A stretch of DNA of 60,642 nucleotides from Bacteroidales bacterium (lineage in GTDB: Bacteria; Bacteroidota; Bacteroidia; Bacteroidales; Muribaculaceae), in assembly GCA_900755985.1 (NCBI GenBank), contig CAAEIL010000010.1, positions 1 to 60,642 of the forward strand, read 5' to 3'. Shown in pieces: positions 8,738-19,253 of the stretch. Every line of letters begins with the position of its first letter. The first letter of the stretch is position 1. Below the pieces are notes generated by a model. The model worked only from the letters and a program-made list of their open reading frames with translations, was not told the origin of the DNA and did not search any database. The translations under genes were made by a program, and so were the position numbers.

Positions 8738-10798
8738 TCAATGGAACGAGCTTACTCGTTTCATAAGGTTATAAGCAGCTACTACGCCGAGTTCGCCGGC
8801 TTTCGAGAGGTCACTTATACCCGACTCGCGGTGACCGGACTTCAGACGGACAAAAGCTCGGTTGTAATAGGCCTCACCGAAGTCCGGTTTGAGTTGTATC
8901 GCTTGGTCAAAGGCTTTTTCGGCGGAATCAAATTCGGACATTTCGGTCAGGATAATACCTTTGTTATAGTAGAGATAGGGATTGAGAGGTGTCAGGGCAA
9001 TAGCTTCGTCAAGGTCGGCAATGACAAGCATATAGTTGCCGCGTTCGAGGCCCTGTCGAGTAACATGGTCGGTGCGGTGGACGTCCGGAGCGGCATCACG
9101 GGCAGCATTGAGACGAACCTGAGCACGGAGCATATATGCCGGCGCGAAGTCCGGAGTAAGAGAAATTGCGCGGTCAAGGTCGGCCATCGCGGCATTGTAG
9201 TTGCGTAATGTCGTGAAGTCAAGAGCACGGCCTATGTAGTCGATGGCACGAGGACGATGCGAGGCCAGATATGAGTTATAGTCGGCGATTGACTGCGAAT
9301 GTCGTTCGATAAGTTCGCTGTCGGTAAGCTGCGGCACACGCATTGTCACAAGAATATTGTAGCGCAGTACGCGTGACGAGTTAAGGTCGCCAATTTCCTT
9401 GATGAAGAACGAGCCGGGACGCAGTTCGGTGGGCGATGAATAGTAGGCCAGTTCGACAATGGGTTCAAGTTCGATACCAAGATTGCGGTCCTGGACGCGT
9501 CCGCGAATGTCGGTGTTATGATATTCCTCGCGCATGTCGGTATTGTCGGCAATGGTAAGCAATGATGCAAACTCTCGGCGAGCCGTCTCGTCATCGCTCA
9601 GCTTAATATTGGCAAGCGGGTCAGGGATATTACCTTTGAGGTCGGGACGCAGACTGTTGTTTATGCGGTTGGCTCGTACCAAATCGGCGTTGGCGGCGCG
9701 TATGTCACCGGCCTGCCGGCTGAAGTCGCTGCGCAGAAAATAGCCTGTGGGAAAGTTGGGATATGCACTGATGACATAGTTGATGTCGTCGATAGCATCT
9801 TTGAATCGGTGCTTGGCAGCGTATATAAGAGCCCGGCAATATCGTGCGCGGACATCGCTGCCATCCAGCTGAAGCACATGGCTGAAATCCTCGAGTGCGC
9901 GATCATTGGCGCCGACCTCGGTGTTGAGAAGTCCGCGGTTGAAGAGTGCGACTCTGTTATAGGGCTCAATTTTAAGAGCATGATCGTAATCGGACATTGC
10001 TCCGATATAATCATCGAGCTTATAGCGCATAAAAGCCCGGTTGATGAAAAGACCCGTTGCCTTAGGGTTGAGACGTAACGCTGAATCGGCAGCCGATATC
10101 GCTTCGGGAAAAGACTTTTTTCCGCGCTGCGCAAGAATATCGGCTCGCATGGCGTATGCATTGAAGGACTGCGGATTGCGGACAAGAGCCGAATCTATCT
10201 CGTTCATTGCCGTGAGGGTATCTTTACGAGCGAGAGAAAGACGGGCACGACCCAGACGAGCGTTTTCGAACGAGGGATAGAGACTAATTATTCGGGCATA
10301 AGTCGAATCGGCCCCGGCATAATCTTCGACCGCAGTCTGTGCCATTGCTTTATTGAAAAGCAACTGACGGTTGCCGGGCAACAGTTCGAGGGCTTTGTTA
10401 TAATCGCCGATAGCTTCGAGGTCTTTCCCAAGATTCTGGCGCGCCACCCCACGCACTTCCCACGAGTCGGTCAGAAATGGATTACGTTCCAATGCCGTGG
10501 TGGCATCGGCTTCGGCGCCGAGATAGTCCTCAAGGTTGACTTTGGCAATAGCTCGGTAAAGATAAGGCTCGGCAAGATATGGCTTGGCTTGTATGGCCTG
10601 ATTGAAATACCAGATAGAAAGGACATAATCTTCAAAATACCATACATTTTTGCCGATACGCACTGCTTGTTCGGCATTAATCTGTGCTTTGGCCGAAATA
10701 TTGACTGACATCATGACAAGGCATAGCATGAACACGCGGGCCAATGCGCCAAGCCTGCGCTTACGATATATACCTTGAAATATTGTCATGCTCATCAA
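8738..10798 (-). CDS. Secreted tetratricopeptide-repeat protein (start codon uncertain)
   Basis: Many TPR units (e.g. AIGDYNKALEL, AYYNRAFV); signal-like segment ending SAKA-Q. Confidence 0.88.
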   Translation of the reverse strand: MMSMTIFQGIYRKRRLGALARVFMLCLVMMSVNISAKAQINAEQAVRIGKNVWYFEDYVLSIWYFNQAIQAKPYLAEPYLYRAIAKVNLEDYLGAEADATTALERNPFLTDSWEVRGVARQNLGKDLEAIGDYNKALELLPGNRQLLFNKAMAQTAVEDYAGADSTYARIISLYPSFENARLGRARLSLARKDTLTAMNEIDSALVRNPQSFNAYAMRADILAQRGKKSFPEAISAADSALRLNPKATGLFINRAFMRYKLDDYIGAMSDYDHALKIEPYNRVALFNRGLLNTEVGANDRALEDFSHVLQLDGSDVRARYCRALIYAAKHRFKDAIDDINYVISAYPNFPTGYFLRSDFSRQAGDIRAANADLVRANRINNSLRPDLKGNIPDPLANIKLSDDETARREFASLLTIADNTDMREEYHNTDIRGRVQDRNLGIELEPIVELAYYSSPTELRPGSFFIKEIGDLNSSRVLRYNILVTMRVPQLTDSELIERHSQSIADYNSYLASHRPRAIDYIGRALDFTTLRNYNAAMADLDRAISLTPDFAPAYMLRAQVRLNAARDAAPDVHRTDHVTRQGLERGNYMLVIADLDEAIALTPLNPYLYYNKGIILTEMSEFDSAEKAFDQAIQLKPDFGEAYYNRAFVRLKSGHRESGISDLSKAGELGVVAAYNLMKRVSSFH

Positions 10799-10820
10799 TC
10801 CTATTTGTCTTTTGAATGTA

Positions 10821-10828
10821 CAAATATA
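10821..10828 (-). promoter_or_regulatory. -7 promoter box for TPR gene
   Basis: TATATTTG on the minus strand just upstream of the ORF. Confidence 0.55.
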
Positions 10829-11189
10829 GCAAATATTCCTTTTTGCTACGAAGATTTTAGTTAAATTTAATTTTTTAACCCTCAGGGTCCATTTATTTTG
10901 CTTTGCAAAACAAATAACTGCTACGTATTCAAAACCGGTGTTTATGTCAAAGATGCTGATGAATGTATGGGAGGAATATACGGTTGGGGCTTTACTTCAG
11001 AAGAACATAAGGCCTCCCGGAGATGTTGTTTTTATATCTGACGCACCGAGTTTAACAACCAATACGCTTGTGATTATTAATACGGATTAGAGAAAAGCGC
11101 CTTTTCTGTATTTTGGTTATTCAAGCTACGGTATATGCTCACCAAAACTACTAATGCTTATCTACATAAGAGTATAAAGCACATTTATT

Positions 11190-12491
11190 ATGAATACGGA
11201 CATATCTTCTGCTACAAAAAAACGCCTTGTTGTCATAGGAGGCGGATTCGCCGGACTCAATTTTCTTAAAAAGCTCAGGCTCAATGACTGGGAAATTATT
11301 TTGATTGACCGCAATAATTTCCACTCATTTCCTCCTCTATTTTATCAGGTGGCATCGGCTGGTCTTGACCCGGGGTCAATCAGCTTCCCGCTGCGTCGCG
11401 AACTACGTCAAAGGAAGATGAAAAATGTACATTTCCATCTTGGTGATGTCCGTAAAATCGATACTGCCGGGCGCCGTGTCATTACCCAATTCGAGACCAT
11501 ACCTTATGACGAACTTGTAATCGCCGCAGGCACTACCAACAATTTCTTTGGAAATGCCGACCTTGACAAGTATGTCTATACTCTTAAATCGACATCCGAG
11601 GCTCTACGCTGTCGCAACGACATACTCGATCGCCTCGAACGGGCTGCGATATACAAAGATCCGGAGGAAAGATGCAGGCTGCTTTCATTCACCATCATAG
11701 GCGGAGGTCCCACCGGTGTCGAAATTGCCGGTGCTATAGGCGAGATGAAACGCTACATCATCAAACGGGAGTATCCGGCAATCAATCGCGACGAGGTCTC
11801 GGTTACTTTGGTAGAGGGTTCGGACCGTCTTTTGCGTTCGATGTCCGAAAAGGCCTCGCGTGAAACGCTGAAATATATGAAGCATCTGATGGTGAACGTC
11901 AAACTGGGCAAAATCATGACATCGTATGACAGGAATGTCCTGAGTTTTGACGACGGCGAGCAGTTGTACAGTTCGATGGTTATCTGGACAGCGGGCGTCA
12001 CCGCGACACCCATTGTATTTGAAGGCAAGGAGCCCGAGTACGGTCCGGGAAAGCGAATTGTCGTCGATGACTTCAACCGTGTTGTCGGTATGGATCATGT
12101 CTATGCGCTGGGCGATATCTGTGTGCACTGCGACAGTCAGTATCCCCATGGTCTTCCTCAACTGGCTCAGGTGGCAATACAGCAGGGACGCACGCTTGCG
12201 CGCAATCTCAATCACGGCTCGTTTACACGCCCGTTCAGATACAAAGACAAAGGCTCAATGGCTACCGTCGGGCGCAACCGCGCTGTTGTCGACCTGAAAC
12301 ATGTGCATATTTCAGGATGGTTTGCTTGGCTGACATGGATGGCAGTACATCTAATGTCATTGTTGGGTATGCGCAACAAACTTACGGTGCTCATCACCTG
12401 GATATGGTCATATTTCTCTTACTCGTCGTCGCTGAGGATACTACTGCATCCGACGCGCTATCCTCTGCGCTCGCGCTGGGGTGAGAAGTGA
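11190..12491 (+). CDS. ndh: Type II NADH:quinone oxidoreductase
   Basis: GGGFAG and GGGPTGVE dinucleotide-binding motifs, AQVAIQQG, FRYKDKGSMATVGR. Confidence 0.93.
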   Translation: MNTDISSATKKRLVVIGGGFAGLNFLKKLRLNDWEIILIDRNNFHSFPPLFYQVASAGLDPGSISFPLRRELRQRKMKNVHFHLGDVRKIDTAGRRVITQFETIPYDELVIAAGTTNNFFGNADLDKYVYTLKSTSEALRCRNDILDRLERAAIYKDPEERCRLLSFTIIGGGPTGVEIAGAIGEMKRYIIKREYPAINRDEVSVTLVEGSDRLLRSMSEKASRETLKYMKHLMVNVKLGKIMTSYDRNVLSFDDGEQLYSSMVIWTAGVTATPIVFEGKEPEYGPGKRIVVDDFNRVVGMDHVYALGDICVHCDSQYPHGLPQLAQVAIQQGRTLARNLNHGSFTRPFRYKDKGSMATVGRNRAVVDLKHVHISGWFAWLTWMAVHLMSLLGMRNKLTVLITWIWSYFSYSSSLRILLHPTRYPLRSRWGEK

Positions 12492-12494
12492 AAG

Positions 12495-14888
12495 TCAAAA
12501 CAGCAAAGCGATGTTGTAGACGATAAAAGCCACAATCCACGCAACAAGCGTATTGTAGACCACCGAGAAGATGCCGTAACGCCATGAGCCCGTTTCTCGG
12601 CAAATGGCAGTAACAGTTGCCATACACGGACAATAAAGCAGGATAAAGACCATGAAAGCCAAAGCCGATGCCACGGTCCACTCGTTAGATCCTGTGGCAG
12701 AATCCTTATAATTAAACATGCGTTTACCCAGCGAGCTGTCTTCGATGGCTTCGTCTCCGGTGTAAAGCACTCCGAGAGTCGATACTACAATTTCTTTGGC
12801 AGGCACGCCGGCCAACGCTGCAACAGATGCACGCCAGTGAAGACCAAGCGGAGCCATAACAGGCGAAATAGCCTTACCTGCCATTTCAAGGTACGAGTCA
12901 TGTGCCGGATCTATTGCCGTTGTCTCGACAGTGACATTCTTTTCTTCGGTATGACGTGGAAAATAGTTCAGCGCCCATACAATGATTGAAGCAAAAAGTA
13001 TTATTCCGCCCATTTTTTTAAGATACTGTACACCTTTGGCCCACGTGTGACGCAAAGAAGTTCGAAGAGACGGCATGCGATATGGCGGAAACTCCATGAC
13101 AAAAGGCGTCTCGTCCTTTTTGAAGTAAAACTTACGAAGAATCTTGGCTGTGACAAATGCCACCGCTATGCCAAGTATATACAGTCCGAAAAACACCAGT
13201 GCACCGTGTGAAGGGAAAAATGTGCCGATCAGAAGTACATAGATCGGAAGACGTGCCGAACACGACATGAAGGGATTGATGAGTATGGTTATCAGACGTG
13301 ACGACCGCGATTCGATAGCACGTGTGGCGAGAATAGCCGGAACATTGCATCCGAAGCCCATTATCAACGGTATGAACGATTTGCCATGAAGCCCGAGACG
13401 GTGCATCACCTTGTCCATGATGAATGCAGCCCTTGCCATATAGCCCGAATCTTCCATAAACGATATACAGAAATAGAGTATAAGTATGTTGGGCAGAAAA
13501 ACGATAACACCACCTACTCCGCCGATGATACCATCCGAAATCAAGTCCTTAAGCGAGCCGTCGGGCAATGTGTTATGCGCCAGTTGCGAAAGGCTGTCAA
13601 CTCCGGTCTGAATCCAGTCCATGGGATATTGCCCCAAAGCGAATGTCAGCCAAAAGCATAAAAACATCAAGGCAAAAAACAGCGGAAAGCCGAAAAGTTT
13701 ATTGGTGACAAAAGAATCGATGACACCGGTTGTATCATTGGCAGGTTTAACAGGTCCGGACATGGTCTCGGATAAAGCGCCGGCTATGAAACCGTATTTC
13801 TCGCCGGCAATCATTGACGACATGTCTTCGCCCATATCATGTTCGAGGCGCTGACGCAATTTGTCACGAAGTTCGAAAATCTCTTTTCCATGCGGAGTCT
13901 GCTCGATGATACCCTCTGTCTCTTTGTCTCCCTCGAGCATCTTAATGGCCATATATCGCGGCGAAAAATGGAAACCGGTTTCACCATAGCTTTTAATGGC
14001 GTTCTTGATTGCCTGCACTGCATTTTCAATTTCTACAGTAAAGCGTACATGTATATGACGCGAGGTCTGGTGACGGTCTTCGTAGACTGCAACAATTGTT
14101 TCGAGCAAGTCTACGATACCCTGTCCATTCTTTGACACTGTAGGGACAATAGGCACGCCAATCATTCCGCCAAGTGTCTCATAGTCCAGAACAGTTCCCG
14201 AACCCTTAAGCTCATCGTACATATTCAGAGCAATCACTGTAGGGCGAGCCATGTCGATAAGCTCAGTGGTGAGATACATGTTGCGCTCAAGATTTGAGGC
14301 ATCCACGACATTGACAATGACATCGGGAGTTTCCTCGCGCAGGAATTTGCGAACATAACGCTCTTCGGGCGAATATGCAGCAAGCGAATATGTGCCTGGC
14401 AGGTCTATGACATTGAAACGGTACTGTTTGTAACGCATACGTCCGCTCTTGGCGTCAACCGTGACTCCACTATAATTGCCCACATGCTCGTGACTGCCGC
14501 ACAGACGGTTAAAAAGCGATGTCTTTCCACAGTTGGGATTGCCAACAAGGGCTATGTTGATTATATCAGAAGGCGAGCCTTCTGCCGAATCCGGCAACTC
14601 ATCGAGTTCAGTATCGCCGATCTCGGGGTTCCGTTGCAATCGGGGAATTTCTGTATTTGCAGCGTCTGCCGGAACGACTTCGATAAGCGCTGCTTCGGCT
14701 CGTCGCAACGAAATCTCCGAGCCCATAACCGAATACTTTATAGGATCTTTAAGAGGTGCGTCAAGCAGGACATCCACTCGGCTGCCACGTACAAAGCCCA
14801 TGTCCATGACACGTTTGCGGAACGCACCGTGTCCCAGAATTTTGACTATGATACCGGTCTGACCGGTCTTTAATTCACTTAGTCTCAT
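12495..14888 (-). CDS. feoB: Ferrous iron transporter FeoB with fused N-terminal FeoA
   Basis: N-terminal FeoA domain; GTPase motifs GNPNCGKT, DLPG, NMYD; membrane domain GFGCNVPA, PFMSCSARL, YCPC. Confidence 0.96.
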   Translation of the reverse strand: MRLSELKTGQTGIIVKILGHGAFRKRVMDMGFVRGSRVDVLLDAPLKDPIKYSVMGSEISLRRAEAALIEVVPADAANTEIPRLQRNPEIGDTELDELPDSAEGSPSDIINIALVGNPNCGKTSLFNRLCGSHEHVGNYSGVTVDAKSGRMRYKQYRFNVIDLPGTYSLAAYSPEERYVRKFLREETPDVIVNVVDASNLERNMYLTTELIDMARPTVIALNMYDELKGSGTVLDYETLGGMIGVPIVPTVSKNGQGIVDLLETIVAVYEDRHQTSRHIHVRFTVEIENAVQAIKNAIKSYGETGFHFSPRYMAIKMLEGDKETEGIIEQTPHGKEIFELRDKLRQRLEHDMGEDMSSMIAGEKYGFIAGALSETMSGPVKPANDTTGVIDSFVTNKLFGFPLFFALMFLCFWLTFALGQYPMDWIQTGVDSLSQLAHNTLPDGSLKDLISDGIIGGVGGVIVFLPNILILYFCISFMEDSGYMARAAFIMDKVMHRLGLHGKSFIPLIMGFGCNVPAILATRAIESRSSRLITILINPFMSCSARLPIYVLLIGTFFPSHGALVFFGLYILGIAVAFVTAKILRKFYFKKDETPFVMEFPPYRMPSLRTSLRHTWAKGVQYLKKMGGIILFASIIVWALNYFPRHTEEKNVTVETTAIDPAHDSYLEMAGKAISPVMAPLGLHWRASVAALAGVPAKEIVVSTLGVLYTGDEAIEDSSLGKRMFNYKDSATGSNEWTVASALAFMVFILLYCPCMATVTAICRETGSWRYGIFSVVYNTLVAWIVAFIVYNIALLF

Positions 14889-15137
14889 AAATATATCAAT
14901 ATTCTGCCTTGGACAAAACCAGTTTGAAACTTAGCCTGATACACATTATTAAAATAATAGGATTCGATAACAGTTATTCAATACCGATACAGGGAACCTA
15001 TAAAGCTAAAATCAGGCAGACTCTCTTGTTTACCAATTATGTTTATTATAAATTGTGTTTCAGTGTCATTTCATGACCTGTTGTCCATTGCTGCAAATTT
15101 CAGAAAAAAACGTGGAACAACAATGCAAAATAGCATA

Positions 15138-15179
15138 TTATTTTTATCCATTCTAAATAAGCATACCTAATTTAGAATA
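15138..15179. promoter_or_regulatory. Candidate Fur-type operator upstream of feoAB
   Basis: TTATTTTTATCCATTCTAAATAA (15138-15160) and inverted ATTCTAAAT...ATTTAGAAT in the feoB upstream region. Confidence 0.45.
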
Positions 15180-15240
15180 TACTTGGCTTTATCTATGACA
15201 TTTTATAATCCGGTCACGAAATTTTTAGTAATTTAGCGGA

Positions 15241-16497
15241 GTGAAAAACAATATTGTCTACGAAGCATGGATGGCTAAGCGTCTTGGCGCGGGCCACGCA
15301 CACACGGGTGTGGTCATAGCCATAACCGGTGTGGCGTGTGCCATAGCCGTGATGATGCTTACATGGGGTATAGCCCGCGGCTTTGATCTCGGCATCAAGG
15401 ATAAACTGAAAGGCTTTGAGCCGGAGATAAAAATATCGGCACCATACAGTTATCTTTCGGGCAACAGCGGCGAGTTTGTCGGTTTCAGTCCCGAATTGCA
15501 AATGAATATACGCAGCACACTCCCCGAAGCAACAGCGTCATTGGCCATGCTGCAGCCGGCAATAATTAAGACCGATGATAATTATGAAGCAGTTATCATC
15601 AACGCTTTCGACAGCAATCACGACCGCTCGTTCGAGGCATCGAACATTATCGCCGGACGCTTGCCTGACTTCAGCAGCGAGGATGGCGACACATGCCTCG
15701 TTGTTTCGACAAAGACCGCATCACGTCTTGGGCTGAAAGTCGGTGACCGTATCACGGCATGTTTCTTCATCCACGATGCCATTAAATCGCGGCGCTATAC
15801 ACTTGCCGGTATCTACCGCACCGGCTTTGCCGAGTTTGACGCAACCGTCGCATACGGCAGCCTGCATAAGCTGCAACAGCTGAACAAAATAGACTCGCTG
15901 ACAGGCACGACTATAGAAATCAACCGCACAGGCCTGCCTATTGACTCGCTTCCCGCGGCTGCCACCATTCTCCAGCAGAAAATTTACAACGACGCCCGCA
16001 CACAAGGTCGTATCGAAGCCGAACTGGTCGACAATCTTAAAAACACCGGCGCTGTCTATCTCAACTGGCTCGACCTTATCAGCACCAACGTAGTTGTCAT
16101 TTTTATTATAATGTGTATCGTAGCCGGGCTTACAATGATTTCGTCATTGTTCATCATCATTTTAGACCGCATCCCCACAATAGGTCTGCTGCGTGCAATG
16201 GGTGCGAGCAAAAGCGCCATTCGCAACATATTCATACTCATAGCCATGCGTCTGGTAATCATAGGGCTGGTTATCGGCAATGTTGTCGCGCTGGGCTTCG
16301 GCGCTCTCCAAAACAGTACCGGCATCATTTCTCTTGACCCCGAGATGTATTACATTGACTGCGTGCCTTTCAGCTTCGACCCTCTTGCCATAATTCTTAT
16401 CAACGTCGGAGTTATTGTCATGAGCTGGCTGATGCTTATTTTGCCCGCTCGCGTAGCCTCAGGCATCTCGCCCGACCGCACAATCCGATTCGAATAG
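15241..16497 (+). CDS. LolC/E-like (MacB/FtsX family) ABC transporter permease
   Basis: TM1, periplasmic domain, 3 TMs; IGLLRAMGA, SLDPEMYYID and LPARVAS..P..IRFE motifs. Confidence 0.85.
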   Translation: MKNNIVYEAWMAKRLGAGHAHTGVVIAITGVACAIAVMMLTWGIARGFDLGIKDKLKGFEPEIKISAPYSYLSGNSGEFVGFSPELQMNIRSTLPEATASLAMLQPAIIKTDDNYEAVIINAFDSNHDRSFEASNIIAGRLPDFSSEDGDTCLVVSTKTASRLGLKVGDRITACFFIHDAIKSRRYTLAGIYRTGFAEFDATVAYGSLHKLQQLNKIDSLTGTTIEINRTGLPIDSLPAAATILQQKIYNDARTQGRIEAELVDNLKNTGAVYLNWLDLISTNVVVIFIIMCIVAGLTMISSLFIIILDRIPTIGLLRAMGASKSAIRNIFILIAMRLVIIGLVIGNVVALGFGALQNSTGIISLDPEMYYIDCVPFSFDPLAIILINVGVIVMSWLMLILPARVASGISPDRTIRFE

Positions 16498-16722
16498 ACA
16501 GGTATTAAGTGCTTGTTCTCAAGATTTCGCAAAATCGCCATCCAAACTACTGTATTCTTTGCTCGCTCTTATATTGTATTTAGCGTCGTACCCCTCTAAT
16601 GGTGTCTATATGCCATACAAAGAAAAATGCGATAGCTCAATTTGGATATCCAATTTCAATGTCTAACTAAACTACAAAAGCACATTTTGGAACGTTTTCT
16701 TGGCTGAGAAAACGAAAACTGC

Positions 16723-16730
16723 TAACTTTG
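16723..16730 (+). promoter_or_regulatory. -7 promoter box
   Basis: TAACTTTG upstream of the LysM gene. Confidence 0.55.
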
Positions 16731-16811
16731 CAGGGATTACGGACATTGGCTTTGCAATACTTTGCCTGTTGTCCGTGCGGCAGTTTGCCCAATCATATAT
16801 TTTTGTGCTCT

Positions 16812-18491
16812 ATGAATCTTTCACGATTAATCAGATGTTTCTGTGCCGCCGCCGCTTTCGGAGCCTGTTTTTATGGTTTTTCGGCATCGGCAATCGATTT
16901 GCCTTTGACCACCGTCGCCGGCAAACAATATTTCCGTTATGAGGTAAAAAGCGGCGAAACCGCAATGGATGTCTCCGAGACACTCGGAATACCCCTTTCC
17001 GAAATCATAAACAACAACGGCTGGGCTCTTGACGGAGTCCGTGCGGGCAATATTCTGTATTTCCCTTACGAGACTTACAAAAACCGTTTTGGTGTCAAAA
17101 CTACAGCTCCGGTTTCATCTGTAGCCCAAAGCAATAGCGACAAACAGCTTAGCACCCCATACACATCCACGCCTCGGGCTGCCAAACCCGTAAATAACAC
17201 AAAGACCACCCAGACCCAAAAGCAAAACGGCAAAACGATACATACAGAGACCGCCAAACCTGTTGACACAGCGGTCACCGTACCCAAACATGGACAAAAA
17301 CTGACACCCGTCGTTGAAGAACTTACTCATATATCGAATGACACTTCTCGCGTAGCCGGGGCAAACAGCGTATGGGCCGAAGCAGTCTCACACAGCGTTG
17401 AAGCCACTCCCGATACAAGCATTGTCGCAGTTGTGCTTCCCCTCAACCTTGGCAACGAACGCACTAAACGCGCCAATCTCGCTACGGACTTCTATCGTGG
17501 CTTCCTTATTGCCGCAGATACGTTGACAGCAGGCTCGGCACCTATAAAAATTAAGACTATAGACGCAGGGGCTACCGCTGCGGACACACGCTCAGCGCTT
17601 GACAATCCCGCTCTCAAAAATGCTACGATAATCATCGGTTCGTCCGATCCTGACCAATTTCAGGTACTTACCGACTTTGTCCGCGACCACGAAACTTATC
17701 TCATCAATCCTTTTATTGTCAAAGACTCCACTTATTTGACAAATCCCCATGTAATACAGACGTATATTGATCAGAAAACCATGTATGAGAAAGCTGCCGA
17801 CTACTTTATGTCGCTACTCGACCGCACGCCGGAGACAATACCTGTATTGCTTGACAACAAGACCGGCGACAAAAACAAAGACGAACTTGTGGGCATGATC
17901 CTTGAACGTCTGAACTTGCGAGGCATCAAGCCTCAGACAATCAGCTACGAGGGTACGCTGCCACTGGCCACCATCAAATCAACAATTGCCGAGAACGGCA
18001 ATTATCTGATTTTACCTCAATCAGGTAGCCTCAAAGAATTTAACCGTTTCGCTCCCAATCTTTCAAAATTCATATCCACAGTATCGACGCCCGCCAACGG
18101 AACAGTCAAAGTTTTCGGCTATCCCGAATGGACTGCATTCAAAGGCACCCCCCGCGCCAACCTTTCAAAAATCGACGCCTGTATATACTCACGCTTCTTC
18201 GCCGACCCCAACAGCACAGACTATCAAGGCGTAAACGATGCTTACCAACGCTGGTACGGCCGCAAACTACCTGTCGAAATTCCCATTCAGAGCCTATTAG
18301 GGTTCGACACCGGACGTTTTGTCCTCAGCGCATTGCAATTAGGCCGTCGTGGTCTTGAAGCTCCCGCGTCGTACCGCGGCGTCCAGTCATCGTTCGATTT
18401 TCAAGACGTTGATTCAGGAGGCAAAATCAACGAGGCCCTATACATTATAGAATATGGTCCAGACGAAACCGTAAATGTGAGCCTGCGATGA
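16812..18491 (+). CDS. Secreted LysM-domain protein with C-terminal periplasmic-binding-protein-like domain
   Basis: Signal peptide from ATG 16812; LysM (YEVKSGET...SEIINNN...GNILYFP); Thr/Lys-rich linker; VAVVLPL..DFYRGF, FGYPEW and LGFDTG segments. Confidence 0.75.
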   Translation: MNLSRLIRCFCAAAAFGACFYGFSASAIDLPLTTVAGKQYFRYEVKSGETAMDVSETLGIPLSEIINNNGWALDGVRAGNILYFPYETYKNRFGVKTTAPVSSVAQSNSDKQLSTPYTSTPRAAKPVNNTKTTQTQKQNGKTIHTETAKPVDTAVTVPKHGQKLTPVVEELTHISNDTSRVAGANSVWAEAVSHSVEATPDTSIVAVVLPLNLGNERTKRANLATDFYRGFLIAADTLTAGSAPIKIKTIDAGATAADTRSALDNPALKNATIIIGSSDPDQFQVLTDFVRDHETYLINPFIVKDSTYLTNPHVIQTYIDQKTMYEKAADYFMSLLDRTPETIPVLLDNKTGDKNKDELVGMILERLNLRGIKPQTISYEGTLPLATIKSTIAENGNYLILPQSGSLKEFNRFAPNLSKFISTVSTPANGTVKVFGYPEWTAFKGTPRANLSKIDACIYSRFFADPNSTDYQGVNDAYQRWYGRKLPVEIPIQSLLGFDTGRFVLSALQLGRRGLEAPASYRGVQSSFDFQDVDSGGKINEALYIIEYGPDETVNVSLR

Positions 18492-19198
18492 AAATGAAAC
18501 TTACATACAGGCTTCGCAGTGCGGTCCTTGCGTTAATCTTTTCGGCACTTGTCAATCCGGCCAGCGGAGAGAGCGTCGAATCACGCTATCGCGCACACAT
18601 ATCTGTGGGCGGACACGCCGGGTGGGCCATGTCCCAAATGTCATTCTCACCATCTGTGTCACAAAAATGGCATAACGGCATTACAATCGGAGCCACATTC
18701 CGGTATCAGGAAGAAAAACTTTTCGGACTTATCGGCGAACTCAACTTTGTTCAGCGCGGATGGGTCGAAAACATCAAGGGCCATCCCGAAATGAGCTACA
18801 AACGTACGCTCAACTACCTCACATTGCCCATAATGACACACATCTCGTTCGGCTCGCGCCGTTTCAAGGGTTTTGTCAATCTCGGGCCCGAAGTCGGCGT
18901 AATGCTCTCTGACAATATATCATCAAATTTCGACTACCGGCATCCCTACGACGCAGACGTTCCGTCCAACCGACAGACCGAGCAGATGTGGGCAGACATA
19001 TCATCGCGGCTCGACTACGGTATCACCGCAGGCCTCGGTGGCGAATACTATCTGACCCCGCGCCAGTCAGTAACGCTTGAGGTCCGGTTCTATTATGGAC
19101 TTGGCAACATCTACCCTTCGGCCAAGGCCGACACTTTCAGTGCCTCACGGTCAATGACTTTAGCGGCCACACTCGGATACAACTTCCGACTGAAGTAA
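18488..19198 (+). CDS. Outer-membrane beta-barrel (porin/PorT-like) protein
   Basis: Signal peptide, amphipathic strands, YLTLPIM and LEVRFYYGL segments, terminal GYNFRLK. Confidence 0.8.
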   Translation: MKMKLTYRLRSAVLALIFSALVNPASGESVESRYRAHISVGGHAGWAMSQMSFSPSVSQKWHNGITIGATFRYQEEKLFGLIGELNFVQRGWVENIKGHPEMSYKRTLNYLTLPIMTHISFGSRRFKGFVNLGPEVGVMLSDNISSNFDYRHPYDADVPSNRQTEQMWADISSRLDYGITAGLGGEYYLTPRQSVTLEVRFYYGLGNIYPSAKADTFSASRSMTLAATLGYNFRLK

Positions 19199-19253
19199 AC
19201 ACGACCTGCGTTCACGGGATATTGTCTGCAAGTCATAATAACATCATCACTTT

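Noticed and set aside
12495..14888. FeoA-FeoB fusion as a novelty
   Set aside because: Known architecture in Bacteroidota.
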